59,463 nucleotides of DNA. It comes from Thraustochytrium aureum (Eukaryota). The stretch spans positions 20,402-79,864 of the forward strand of contig BLSG01000187.1 in the NCBI GenBank assembly GCA_012862495.1, in the 5' to 3' direction. A model generated the notes under the pieces. That model worked only from the letters and a program-made list of their open reading frames with translations. It ran no database searches and was not told the DNA's origin. Position numbers and translations under genes: made by a program. Position 1 is the stretch's first letter, and each line of letters starts with the position of its first letter. Positions 34,306-46,321 of the stretch are shown here, in pieces.

Positions 34306-34577
34306 TCTGCGTGCGTCGGACTTGCGCTCAAACGCGTGCTGGCGATGCCAGCGCTCTGAGGACGTCGCCCTGTACAGTCTTATCAAATCAAATGTACCTA
34401 GGTCAAACTATCGGCCCTTTCTCCTCTTGCGCCTCCAGGCCGGTCGCCGTGTCGCTGCCAAAACGCGCGTTGACGTCGTCCGCGCTGGCACCGGCCCGAC
34501 AAGGAGAAAGGACCACTTCTCTACACCAACTTCGGCCGATCAATCTGCAGCGGGTGGATTGGTCGGCGCCGCACGCG

Positions 34578-35574
34578 CTACAGATTGAGCGGCGCCGGGT
34601 CTCCGACGGCCTTGTGGCGCAACCGGATAAGCCACGGGCGAAAGTTGGCCGACTCGGCGTCGCGCACCGAATCGAGGAAAGCAAGCTCGTCCGTTGACTG
34701 CGTCACCTCAAAGTGGGCACGGGCTTGCTGGACAAAAAAGTCCATTGACTTGAAACGCGGTGGGGACACAATGAGGCACTCGCCTTCCGGCGCGAGGATG
34801 TGCAGGATGCAATTGATCAGGTCCGGGTGGATCTTGTTCAAGTAGAGGCAATCGGAGACCACGACCAAATCGAAGCGCTCTTCGCCCGCGTAGTCGCCAT
34901 GCCTGTCCCAAAGCAGCACCTTGGCGTCGATAGTCGTTGCAGCGCTAGAGGCTGCGGAGCGTTGCAGCGCGTTCTTGTCGATGTGCTCGCCGAGCAGGCG
35001 AACGCACTCCGCGTTGCCGTCCGAGAGCGTCACGCGCGCGCCAATCTGGGGGCAGTACTTGGCCAGCACAAGACCAGCGAGGCCGCAAAACCCTGCGCCG
35101 AGCTCAATGANNNNNNNNNNNNNNNNNNNNNNNNNNNNNNNNNNNNNNNNNNNNNNNNNNNNNNNNNNNNNNNNNNNNNNNNNNNNNNNNNNNNNNNNNN
35201 NNNNNNNNNNNNNNNNNNNNNNNNNNNNNNNNNNNNNNNNNNNNNNNNNNNNNNNNNNNNNNNNNNNNNNNNNNNNNNNNNNNNNNNNNNNNNNNNNNNN
35301 NNNNNNNNNNNNNNNNNNNNNNNNCCGCACTCGCGCCGCCGCCGCCGCCCTCGCTGCGCGGCCTCAGCGCTTCGAGCGCTGGGTTCAGTTTGTCGAAGGT
35401 GGTCACCGCGCCCTGCGCTCGTTTGACGAACACCGCCACGTCCAGCAGCGGAATCGCGCTCATCAGCTGCCTCCTCCGCGCCGGGTCAAACATCGTGCGC
35501 TTCAGTGCCGCCCAGCGCTCTGCGCGCCGCGCAGCGTCCGCGTCGCCCATGGCTTTGGACTTGGACGGCGCCAC
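34578..35574 (-). CDS. CAMKMT: Calmodulin-lysine N-methyltransferase-like (Methyltransf_16 family); spans gap
   Basis: IELGAGFCGLAGL motif I, TLSDGN, DLVVVSDCLY and SPPR, plus an N-terminal RWAALK resembling the CAMKMT RWxxL segment. Confidence 0.7.
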
Positions 35575-35849
35575 AATGGCCGCACGGGATGCGGGCAGTC
35601 CTGTCTCGCGAGCGCGCGCCTGCCCAGCAGGCTGGCCGCGCGGTCGTGCGAGGGATCAGCCTGTGCTCCGGCTCGCGCCTGCGCGCCTGTGGGTCTCGCG
35701 TTGCTTTGGAGGCAGGCGTTCGAGGGGGATTCTGGGAGGAGAGAGTGAGTAAACATAGGCCAACTTGGTCCAGGACCCGGTCGAGCCCGTGGCGCAGGCG
35801 GTCCTGTTGACCGACCCTGTGCGGCCGCCCAGGAGTAGAGCGCGAAGAC

Positions 35850-36593
35850 ATGTCGCGGACGCGCTGGTTCTGGTCCAAGCATAAAGAGTGCGAGCACATC
35901 CAGGCAAAGCACGGGGGCGAGTCCTGGGAGCTGGTCGTGGTCAGTTTTGTGCACAAGCACACTGTTCAGGTTGCCCTGGCCGTCCTGCTCGTCATCGACG
36001 TCTGCATTCTGATCGCAGAGCTGATTCTGGACGCCGAATTCCCGCCGTGCGCCGTCGTGCTCGAATGGTGCGCGGCTGATGTCGGGCCGGGGGCTGGTGG
36101 TAGCGGGCCGTCTGGGAATTGCGAGGCTTCGTGCGTGGAACACCCCGCCAGTCTCGAGCACGTGCACCTGGCGCTTTCGTGGGCTTCCGTGTCGATTCTG
36201 CTCGTTTTCGGGCTCGAGCTTGTGGTTTTGCTGGCGGCGACGCGGCTTTCCTTTCTTCGCAACCCTTTCTACGTCTTGGACGCCGCTGTGGTCGGCGTGT
36301 CGCTGGCATTGCACTTTGCGCTGCCTGACCAAGTCGCGCGGGACGCGGGCGGCGTGCTCATTGTGGTGCGCATGTGGCGCCTGGTCCGCATCGGCCACGG
36401 GATCTTTGTTGACACGCTTGAATTTGAGAACGAGAAAATTGAAAAGCTGAAGGCCGAAAACCGCGCGCTCCGAGACAAGCTCGCTGGAATTGGGGCCGAT
36501 GCAAGGGCTGCGCACGGCGGCGATTACCGGGTGGGCAGTTTCCCACGGCAGAGCAGCGTAGGCGACGGGTTTATCGAAGGCGATCCCAGCTGA
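35850..36593 (+). CDS. HVCN1: Voltage-gated proton channel Hv1
   Basis: Four TM helices, S1 Asp (LLVIDVCILIAEL), S4 RxWRxxR signature (RMWRLVRIGHG), C-terminal coiled coil, and no pore domain. Confidence 0.9.
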   Translation: MSRTRWFWSKHKECEHIQAKHGGESWELVVVSFVHKHTVQVALAVLLVIDVCILIAELILDAEFPPCAVVLEWCAADVGPGAGGSGPSGNCEASCVEHPASLEHVHLALSWASVSILLVFGLELVVLLAATRLSFLRNPFYVLDAAVVGVSLALHFALPDQVARDAGGVLIVVRMWRLVRIGHGIFVDTLEFENEKIEKLKAENRALRDKLAGIGADARAAHGGDYRVGSFPRQSSVGDGFIEGDPS

Positions 36594-36823
36594 TTGCTGG
36601 TCGCCCAGGCAGCGAAAGCAGTATCTGACGTCAACTCGAGGCCAGCAAGCTGAGTTGGCACAAACGTCTCTGCTCTTCGGGCCAGCAGAGTATGCGTGCC
36701 AGCGCCGGCGCCGCGCCGTCATAGCTAGCTCGCGAGAGGAGAACGATGTCCGCGATCAGACAGTGCAAATGCAATGGTGTAAAGTAAAAAAAACATGCTC
36801 GGATCAGCGGCGGCTCTTTGGAG

Positions 36824-39800
36824 CTAGTTTATTTCTTTGCTCTGATCGGCGGCAAAGGCGTTGAAAATGGTCTCAAGCGTCGTCTGCCCCAGCGAGTACC
36901 CGTCCACCAGCGAGCTGCCCTGCTCCACGATGCGGTAGATGTCGTGCATCTTGAGCCCGCGCTGCAGCGGGATGTTGAACCGCAGGCGAACCCCTGGCGC
37001 TCCCGCAGTCGCGAACCCTGAAAGTGCCGGTCGAGGAACGCCGCCAACGCCCTGAAAGCGCGTTCGCCGACGAGCCAGTCGGCAAGAGTACGCGTCTCGA
37101 TGGCGCCGCGGCCCACAGTGAGCTGCTCATGGAGCAGTGCCGCGGATCCCTCGCGGCAAAAGCACTCGGCAAAAAGGTCTTGCTGGCCAGCTTTGGCGAG
37201 AGCCGCGCTGACGGCCTGCGCGTCCAGAAGCTGTCCGGCAACCGCCCCTGGGAAACCCAGTTCGGCCGACGCCTCGGCAACGTCGCTCTCACTAGGGACC
37301 TTGAGCGTGGCCTCGAACTCAAACCCCGTACCGAACCGCGACTTGAGGTGCTGCGAGGACCCAATGCAAACGAGGCGACCGTCGACCATGATGGTCATCC
37401 GCGAGCAAAGCGCCTCGACCTCTTCCATCGAGTGCGAGGTGAGTATCACCGCTGCGCGCGAAGACACGTCATTGATGACCTCCCATATAAAGCGACGAGC
37501 GCCAGGATCAACCCCAGCGGTGGGCTCGTCCACAGCGATGACAGCTGGGTTGCCGATGATTGCCATGCCGAGCGTGAGCTTGCGTTTGTTGCCGCCTGAA
37601 TAGCCCCCAGAAAGTTTGTCGGCGTACGGCGTGAGCGAGAGCTTGTCCAGCGTCCTGTTGACAAGCTGGGNNNNNNNNNNNNNNNNNNNNNNNNNNNNNN
37701 NNNNNNNNNNNNNNNNNNNNNNNNNNNNNNNNNNNNNNNNNNNNNNNNNNNNNNNNNNNNNNNNNNNNNNNNNNNNNNNNNNNNNNNNNNNNNNNNNNNN
37801 NNNNNNNNNNNNNNNNNNNNNNNNNNNNNNNNNNNNNNNNNNNNNNNNNNNNNNNNNNNNNNNNNNNNNNNNNNNNNNNNNNNNNNNNNNNNNNNNNNNN
37901 NNNNNNNNNNNNNNNNNNNNNNNNNNNNNNNNNNNNNNNNNNNNNNNNNNNNNNNNNNNNNNNNNNNNNNNNNNNNNNNNNNNNNNNNNNNNNNNNNNNN
38001 NNNNNNNNNNNNNNNNNCAAGTCGAAGAGCGGGTCGTACTGCGGAGCAAAACCGAACGCATGCAGCGCCTTGGCGCGGTCGGCCTGGATGTCGTGCCCGT
38101 CGATCAGAATGTTTCCGTTCGTCGGCTTGGCCGTGCCGCTCGTGAGACTCAACAGGGTGGATTTGCCAGCACCGTTTACGCCCAAGAGCCCGAAGCAGCG
38201 GTTGCGCTGGATGCCCACAGTGACGCCGTTGACAGCTACCTTGGGCCTGGCCTTGGCCCCGATGGCCGGGTAAACTTTGCGGACCTCGCGGATTTCGACC
38301 ACGTCATCTGCGCGGCGCTCCGGATCAGCTTCGAGGTTCGCTCCGTCACTTTCGGCGACTTTACGCAAAAGCCGCTCTCGCTCCTGCGCGACGTCGGGGT
38401 CGTCTTCCTCTGGGCTAGCCCCGATGCGCCCTGCCTTGGCCTCAACCAGAGCGCGCGACTGGCACAGGGCTGCGGCTTCGGCTTGGCCATTCGGAAACGC
38501 GCGCTGGAGGAGGGCGAGGAGAGCGGTGTACACAAAGCCCTCGGCCGCGAGAAAGGCGATGTCGGCGCCAGCGACCTGCCAGCTCCAGATCGAGTAGTCT
38601 ACCGGGTTGGACGGGTCCCCGCCGCGCTCCTTCGAGTTTAGGAGAAAGCCGATGATCTGCGAGTTGGCGATCTGCAGGAGCCCATGCGAGAATGAAAACG
38701 TGGGCAGCAGCCGGTAGACGTACATGAGCGAGTCGTTGATCTCGTAGGTCGATTCGAGCAGGAACATGATAAAGCTCGTCACCAGGAGCACCACCCCGCC
38801 CACGAGGTTGATGCTGATCATGAAGAACTGCGAAAACTTAAAGTTGGACAAGAAGAAGCAGCAGCAGTAGGTGAAGCTGGTGATGGCCACGCCGTAGAGC
38901 AGGAAGACCGCGAGCACGCCGCCGAGGTTGTCGCCCTTGAACGCGGTGACGTCAAACGCGAAAATTAGCGCGATCGCCACCGCCGTCGGAACGAGGAAAG
39001 TCGCAAAGTCGAAGACCCAGTTGGAGCCCCAATACGCCACCTGCGAGACTCCGTTGATAATCTGCTGTTCAAAGCACTTGAGCTCCTTCTCCCGGACGAT
39101 AAAGACTGCAAACATTGCCGGGACGAAGGAGAACGCAATCCCCAGGGCTAGAGCGACAGAAAAGGCGCCGATGCCGGCCGACAACTCCTCCTCGATGCGT
39201 GTGAGCGGCAGGGCCCAGGTCGACAGCGAGATCGACGTGGCCGTTTCCCCGAGCGCGCCGAGCAGGGCGGCGTTGGCACGGTTGATCATGTAGGGCACGG
39301 CATGGATTCCGGTGAAGTTGTGCACAACCGTGTAGGCGACTTGCAGCTGTGGGTCGAGCGACCCTGGTGCGGTGATCTGGACCGGAACGACGCCGAACAG
39401 CAAAGCTCCGTACCGCGAGGCTTGCGAGAGCTCACGAGTCGACTCGAGCATTGCCTCAAACGCTGCCGACGAGTTCAGAAAGGGGTCCTCTGCAGATTTG
39501 CACAAGGGCAGCTCGCCGAGCAGCTTGGCACCAAGCTGTGGAAGCAGGGCCAAGGCGCCGGGCTCGAGCAGGCCCAGCAGCGCGACGGAGGACTCGAGGG
39601 CCGCCTCCACGTTGGCGGAGGCTCNNNNNNNNNNNNNNNNNNNNNNNNNNNNNNNNNNNNNNNNNNNNNNNNNNNNNNNNNNNNNNNNNNNNNNNNNNNN
39701 NNNNNNNNNNNNNNNNNNNNNNNNNNNNNNNNNNNNNNNNNNNNNNNNNNNNNNNNNNNNNNNNNNNNNNNNNNNNNNNNNNNNNNNNNNNNNNNNNNNN

Positions 39801-42287
39801 NNNNNNNNNNNNNNNNNNNNNNNNNNNNNNNNNNNNNNNNNNNNNNNNNNNNNNNNNNNNNNNNNNNNNNNNNNNNNNNNNNNNNNNNNNNNNNNNNNNN
39901 NNNNNNNNNNNNNNNNNNNNNNNNNNNNNNNNNNNNNNNNNNNNNNNNNNNNNNNNNNNNNNNNNNNNNNNNNNNNNNNNNNNNNNNNNNNNNNNNNNNN
40001 NNNNNNNNNNNNNNNNNNNNNNNNNNNNNNNNNNNNNNNNNNNNNNNNNNNNNNNNNNNNNNNNNNNNNNNNNNNNNNNNNNNNNNNNNNNNNNNNNNNN
40101 NNNNNNNNNNNNNNNNNNNNNNNNNNNNNNNNNNNNNNNNNNNNNNNNNNNNNNNNNNNNNNNNNNACCAGGAAAGCCTGGCCGCCGGTGGCCCCGATCA
40201 GCCCGGAAAGGATGTTGCACGTCGTCGACTTGCCAGCGCCATTGTGGCCGAGAAGGGCGGTGATTTCATTCTCGAAGAAGGTGAGCGAAAGCCCTTGCAA
40301 GGCTTTGACGGGGCCTTTGGGCGTTTTGTACGTCTTGTGCAGGTTTTTGAGAACGACGCATCGCGCGTTGCGGCGCAAAGACTTGCGCTGCTCGTCGAGA
40401 GGCTGGATGGTCCCGTTCGAGGCTGCGATCACGTCGGCCTCGTGCTCGTCGTAAGCTGCGATGAACTTGTCGTACCCGCTGGAGCCGCCTGGCAGGGCTC
40501 GACGCGTCGCCGCGCAGACTGCAGTGAGCGGAAACGCCCAGGAGCGCCGTTGGGCAAGAACGCCGTCAAAGTACAGGCCAAGCAGGAGGAAAAGCACGGT
40601 GTCCACGAAAAGCATAGTGAGTGAGGTGGCGAGCGAGTATTGCCCAGCCTCGACGACCGCGATGCTGGCCCAGTCAACGCCGACGAGGCCGCCTTCAAAC
40701 TCGCTGAATGCGATGGTTCCGAACGAAAACGCCGAGGAGGGGATGAGCGAGGCAAGCAGCTTTAGCCCGTGGCTCGACGCCGGCCCGCTGAAAGCGGAAA
40801 ACAAAAAGTAGCCTCCAAAGTAGACCATCACCCCGACAACGGCAGCCAGGTTTGTCCGGCGAAAAAGGCTTGAGACGAAAAAGGCGAAGGCGAACGAGCT
40901 GTAAAGAAAGACCAGAAAGTACACGAACACGACGCTCGCGCTGCTCAGCTCGAAGACATTGACCTTGGCCAGCGCGGTAAGCAGCCCCGCAACAAGGACG
41001 AAGAACACGGCATAGTAGGTCATCCACGCAAGGTGGTACGCACTGCTTCGAAGCCCCATTACCTCCATGAGCTCGCGGATATTGGACTCCTTATCCGCCA
41101 CGAGCTGCTGGATGATCTGTGCCACAGGGTAGAGCATCGCGAGGAGGATGAGCAGTGGAAGCGTCGAACCGGCTTGGGCCCAAAAGGGGTCGACGGCGTA
41201 GGCCCGAGTGGGCATTGCGAAAGCGCTCGTCGTCACGTTTGGCACGAGGCCCGTGGTTTGGGCGAAGATGAAGGCGTCTACCTCGAGCTGCAGGGTGGCG
41301 AAGCCGGACATCAGGTACTGCTGCGCGTACTCTGTCTCCCCGCGCTCGAGGTCGTCGGTCACGACGGAGCCCTCTGTGGGAGGAGGGACGCCATTACCCG
41401 TCCCATTGACTCGAATATCATACTCCCATGTTGGAGCTCCAGAGCGGAAGACGATCGCTGCGCCGATCGGTGGGTGAGAAGGTTGTCCGTACTCTTTGGC
41501 CAGGATGTACTCGCCGAGTTGGGAGTTGTCTTGAACCTCTTGCGCGCCTAAAGTGAACCGCTGCTGCTCGCTGAGCGCGGGCGTGCGGCCCTCCCAAAAC
41601 TGCTGAAACTGCTCTGCGACGGCGACTTGTGCGCTATTGTCCTTGTCGAGCGGAAGGACGGCGAACTTGGTTGGGGCGCAGACTTCAGTGATGCTCGAGA
41701 TTGTCTGGTCGAGCAGGCGCTCAGGGCGCGTGAGGTCGCACGTGAAGGCGATGTTTTGTCCCGTCTTCGAGAAGGTTTCAAGGTACCGCAGGTACCACAA
41801 GCCTCGGCCGTTCTCAAGGTTGGCCGTCGTCGGCAGGTCGAGCAGGTCTGAGGTGGTGGGCACGGCCATGGCGCTACTCGAGAATTTGCGCGCCGGCTCT
41901 GTGGTAGGTTCTGTCGTGGTCTTGATGCCGACAAGCGCAAACATGAGGAGCAGGGGGATGATGAGCTCCGCGACCGCGGTCTTGGGGCGACNNNNNNNNN
42001 NNNNNNNNNNNNNNNNNNNNNNNNNNNNNNNNNNNNNNNNNNNNNNNNNNNNNNNNNNNNNNNNNNNNNNNNNNNNNNNNNNNNNNNNNNNNNNNNNNNN
42101 NNNNNNNNNNNNNNNNNNNNNNNNNNNNNNNNNNNNNNNNNNNNNNNNNNNNNNNNNNNNNNNNNNNNNNNNNNNNNNNNNNNNNNNNNNNNNNNNNNNN
42201 NNNNNNNNNNNNNNNNNNNNNNNNNNNNNNNNNNNNNNNNNNNNNNNNNNNNNNNNGCGACTCGTATTGTCGGAGCCATGGCGCCAT
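36824..42287 (-). CDS. ABCA-subfamily ABC transporter (full size); three gaps and one frame break near 36990
   Basis: MAPWLRQY start, DKESNIRELMEVMGL, Walker A GHNGAGKST and GVNGAGKST, YSGGNKRKL, DEPTAGVDP and TSHSMEEVEALC. The C-terminal YSLGQTTLETIF is in a shifted frame ending at TAG 36824. Confidence 0.93.
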
Positions 42288-43174
42288 CCTTTCGACCTTG
42301 TTCGATTGCGCGAGTGCGAACGGCTTGCTGGTTGGTTTCTGAACGCTGCGCCTGGGCGAGGTGTTTCGGTTCTGCCGTAGTTGAGGTCGGGATCGGGATC
42401 GAGTGCCGCTCACGCTCCACTGCTAGGCGTTGCCGTTGGAGATGGCTCGGATTGAGCGGGTGTGTCCAACGTTGCAGCGGTCCGCACGCGCCGCGGAAGC
42501 TTTATTTTTTCTTTCCTTTGGATGGGTCTGTTCTGCCAGTGGTGTTTCTGTCATTCAATCAATCAATTGGAAAGAAAGAGGTTTGGCCATCCGTTTGATC
42601 CACCCAGGTTTCTTCGGTTGGATTGACATGGCGCCAGTGAGTAAGTAGCAGCAAAGGCCGCAGGCCGTTGCAAAAGCCACAGTCCACAGCGAAAGCCACA
42701 GCCTGCAGCGCTCTTGTCGTCGTCGTCGTAAATCTCAAGTTCGACAGACCCACTCTTGTGGAAACAGAAGCAGGCCGCTTGCCAACTCTATCTCGGACAG
42801 TCGACGCTGCTTCGATAGCGTTGTCGTCGTTGGCCTCATGAATGAGTGATGAGAGTGCGCATTGTGAGACGAGTTGAGAAGGCCTACGGTACTAGCAAGT
42901 AATTCCCCTCTCGCGTGCGCGAGGTCAACAAGCGCCAATCCGGTCCTCGTCGCGCTCGTCAATCCGCTCGTCAATCCACCGATGGATTGACACGATTGAC
43001 ACAAACGGGGCGGACAGAGAGCAAACTTTCTGCTTGCGCGGCGTTGACGCGAGCGTTCGGTTTTGCACCGCCGCCGCGAGTGGCTTGTTGTCCCGCCTCG
43101 CGATCCTTGAGAACGCGCCCCGCTGGCCAGCTGCTGATGCCGGCCTGGGCACCAAGCGTGAAGCGTTTTTGCAG

Positions 43175-46100
43175 TTAGGTATTTCGAGGCACGCAGGGGC
43201 AGAGCCGCCTCGTCGCGCGGTGGCTAGCACCGCAGCTACGGCGCTCCAAGTGCGAGATCAGGCATTGGCCCCGAGTTGCAAGCGCCTGGTCTGTGACGTA
43301 GCACGGGAGCTCGCTGCCGATCTGGTTGCCGCAGCCTCCTTCGCAAGGAAAGGCTCTGCGAAGCTCCGCACAGGAATTTAGAAAGGCCAACTGCGAAATA
43401 TCGCAGACGAGCCCTCCACCGCCCTGGCGAGCGCAAGCCGAGTTGCAGTTCTCTCCTGCCTTGGCCGAGACTGCCTGCAGCTGCGCATTTCGCTCGATCC
43501 GGTCTGCCCGGTCCGGGATCATGGCCGCAGCTGCCTGGCGATCGGCAAGCAGAAAGTATGGTCGCCAGTGCTCGGGCACCGCCGAGTTATCCCCGACGCG
43601 GATTATGCCGCGAAAAGCGCCTCGCGGCTCGCTCTTCCACAGGCCGAATTGGGCTGCGACCTTGGGGAATTCCTCTCGGGCGTAGAGGACGAGGACTGGC
43701 TGCGGGTCCTCGCGCCGCTCGGAGACTGGCTCGATGGCATCCCTCCACGTCGCCAACGTGGTGCGCTTGGCGCGACGCACGAGGTCACGCATGTAGCTTT
43801 CGTAAGGGCCCTTGGAGTACGAGGTGATGCTGCCGAACTTGTCTGGCCAAGGCGCGCTGCCAGCAAAGGCGTACTTGCCATATACGCCATCGCTTGCCTT
43901 GACGTTAGTCCCAATCCCGGGAAGGTGGCGCACGCGGGGTACCTCCGGGGCGAGGCAATCGAGCCCCTCGATCACGCCTGAGACGCGGAGCCAATGGTCC
44001 CAACCAGTGGTCGCGAAGCGAGGCCATGCGTCGCGAAGGCGATCCGCCCACGATCGGCGGGAAATCATCCAGCCAAGACCCGGGAAAAAGTCGGTCCTGA
44101 AAAGCCTCTGCTCGTTTGCCACCGTGCCGGAGAGCCCGTTGTCGTTCCATGCAGAGATGCAGAACAAGCTTGGGTCCGTCTCGAGCAGCGGCATGGCAGT
44201 GCGAAAAAGAAACGCAAAGTCGGGGGCCGGAAGCAGGTCATCCTCCGTGAAAACGGCGTGGCCATAGGCGAGCTCATCGAAAACCTTTGACATGGCGAAG
44301 CGGTAGTGCTCGGCGATCTTGAACAGCGCACTGGAGTGGAATTCATCGGTGGGCGGGGCCGAAAAGGAACTCGGCATGACCCAAACGCCTTTCACAACAC
44401 CTTTGGTGTCTGCAGAGACCGCGATCCTCTCGAGGCGTGCCGCAAACTCCGTGTCAGGGTTGTCCGTAGAAAGGAACACATGGAAATGGCTCGTGTCTTC
44501 GAGCTGTCGCGCAAGTGCAACGACAATTTTGTACGCACTGTCCGCACGGTTGTGTACCAGGACCACGATTGCGGGCTTGTTCGGCCCTGGGTCACTGACG
44601 AAGCTGAGAGCAGCTGAGGCAGCTGAGTTGACAGCGGTCGACGAAGCGGCATCATCGACGCGGCTCGACGCACCGGCAGCACCAGCCGGGGCCGAGTCTG
44701 GGGGCACGCAGGCGCACAGCCGTTGGGTTCCGTGAAATTTGGCTTGGCACGACGCGCTCTCACCGTATGAGACGAGGCACTGACGAGCCGTCGACAGGGC
44801 CGGTTTGGAGACATAGCAGGGCAGATCGCCGCCAATCTGGTTGTTGCATCCTTCCTCACAAGGAAAGTGCGCGCGCAGTTCGGCGCAGTCGTCCAAGAAA
44901 ATCAGCTGCCGCGCGTCGCAACGCCACCCCTCCCCGCTGCGCTGGCAAGCATCGTCGCAGCTCTCCCCGGTGGCCCCCGGCGTGGGCACCATGCGCTCGT
45001 TGCGCGGGACGGCTTCGCCTGGCTCCAGGTATCGCGCCGCCTGGCGTCGCTCGGCAAGCACGAGGAGCTGGCCGTTGGTGCTGCCGGGAAGGCNNNNNNN
45101 NNNNNNNNNNNNNNNNNNNNNNNNNNNNNNNNNNNNNNNNNNNNNNNNNNNNNNNNNNNNNNNNNNNNNNNNNNNNNNNNNNNNNNNNNNNNNNNNNNNN
45201 NNNNNNNNNNNNNNNNNNNNNNNNNNNNNNCTATCGAAAAGCGCTAGCGCAGTCTTGCCGTTCACGTTGGTCCCTGTCTTGGAGACGTGCCGCACGCGCG
45301 GGACTTCGGGGACCACGCACTCGATTCCGGCCGTCGCGCCGGACGTGCGCATCCAGTGGTCCCAGCCTGACGAGGCAGTGCGAGGCCAGAGGTTGGCGAG
45401 CCGAGCCATCCAGAAAGCGCGCGTTGTCATCCAGCCTAGACCGGGGAAAAAGTCGGTGCGGAGCATGCGCCGCTCGTCTGTGGCGAGTGTGCGAAAGCCG
45501 TTGTCGTGCCAGGCGGAGACGCAGTACAGGGTCGGGTCGGCCTGTAGGAGCCACGCGGTGCTGCGGAACATTGTGAGCAAGTCTTGCGCTGGGTCCAAGT
45601 CGTCCTCGGTGATGATTGCATGGCTGTGGCCGCGCTCCCGGAACACCTTGTCGAGCGCGAAGTAGTAGTGCTTGCTAATTTTGTCGAACGCGGACTTTAG
45701 CGTTGCCGTGGTGTCCAGGAGCCAGACTTCCTTGGCCAGGCCTTTGGCGATTTGCGTAAACCTTGCAAAGGAAGGTTGGTGGTCGCACGAGACGTAAACG
45801 GTGAATAGGTGGATGTCAGCGAGACTGTTCAGCGCGGCAAGCGTTCTGGCGAGGTCGAGATGCCGGTTGTGCGACATGATGACAATGGCGGGGTTTTCCA
45901 TTGTGAACTGCTTGTCGCGCCCGAGAGTAGCAGCTCGGGAACTTTGGTCTGGTTCCGAGTCTTCTGCGAAGGGATCGTCCTCCGCAGACGTGGCGGGATC
46001 GTGTGCCTCTTTGATTTCGTGCTGGTACCCTGCATCGATCTCTGCCATGGGGGCGCGGGGCTCCTTATTTTTGTGGGCAAGTTGGCCGCCTCGTCGCCCG

Positions 46101-46321
46101 TTAAAGTGGCCTCCCCGGACTCCAGGCGCCCATGGCTCAGGCTCATCGCGCCCGACCGTTTGCTGGACGGCGGCTTCCTTTCCGATTCGCAGCGCTGAGC
46201 GCACGGCCAAGAACATCAAGGCAGCAACCAAGACCAACGGCAGCGCCACCACGATCAACCGTGTCGTCGCGCCGCGCTTTCTGCGCGCCTGCAGCAGTTC
46301 GCGTTCAAGCCTGCTGGCCAT
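43175..46321 (-). CDS. Type II membrane glycosyltransferase with two tandem GT13 (GnT-I/POMGnT1-like) domains, each followed by a Cys-rich module
   Basis: N-terminal TM anchor. TEDDL, C[VI]SAW[HN]DNG, RTDFFPGLGWM, WDHW[ML]R and PEVPRVRH each occur twice, as does GE[SN]C..AC...RLC[AP]C. Confidence 0.88.
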   Translation of the reverse strand: MASRLERELLQARRKRGATTRLIVVALPLVLVAALMFLAVRSALRIGKEAAVQQTVGRDEPEPWAPGVRGGHFNGRRGGQLAHKNKEPRAPMAEIDAGYQHEIKEAHDPATSAEDDPFAEDSEPDQSSRAATLGRDKQFTMENPAIVIMSHNRHLDLARTLAALNSLADIHLFTVYVSCDHQPSFARFTQIAKGLAKEVWLLDTTATLKSAFDKISKHYYFALDKVFRERGHSHAIITEDDLDPAQDLLTMFRSTAWLLQADPTLYCVSAWHDNGFRTLATDERRMLRTDFFPGLGWMTTRAFWMARLANLWPRTASSGWDHWMRTSGATAGIECVVPEVPRVRHVSKTGTNVNGKTALALFDXXXXXXXXXXXXXXXXXXXXXXXXXXXXXXXXXXXXXXXXXXXXXXXLPGSTNGQLLVLAERRQAARYLEPGEAVPRNERMVPTPGATGESCDDACQRSGEGWRCDARQLIFLDDCAELRAHFPCEEGCNNQIGGDLPCYVSKPALSTARQCLVSYGESASCQAKFHGTQRLCACVPPDSAPAGAAGASSRVDDAASSTAVNSAASAALSFVSDPGPNKPAIVVLVHNRADSAYKIVVALARQLEDTSHFHVFLSTDNPDTEFAARLERIAVSADTKGVVKGVWVMPSSFSAPPTDEFHSSALFKIAEHYRFAMSKVFDELAYGHAVFTEDDLLPAPDFAFLFRTAMPLLETDPSLFCISAWNDNGLSGTVANEQRLFRTDFFPGLGWMISRRSWADRLRDAWPRFATTGWDHWLRVSGVIEGLDCLAPEVPRVRHLPGIGTNVKASDGVYGKYAFAGSAPWPDKFGSITSYSKGPYESYMRDLVRRAKRTTLATWRDAIEPVSERREDPQPVLVLYAREEFPKVAAQFGLWKSEPRGAFRGIIRVGDNSAVPEHWRPYFLLADRQAAAAMIPDRADRIERNAQLQAVSAKAGENCNSACARQGGGGLVCDISQLAFLNSCAELRRAFPCEGGCGNQIGSELPCYVTDQALATRGQCLISHLERRSCGASHRATRRLCPCVPRNT

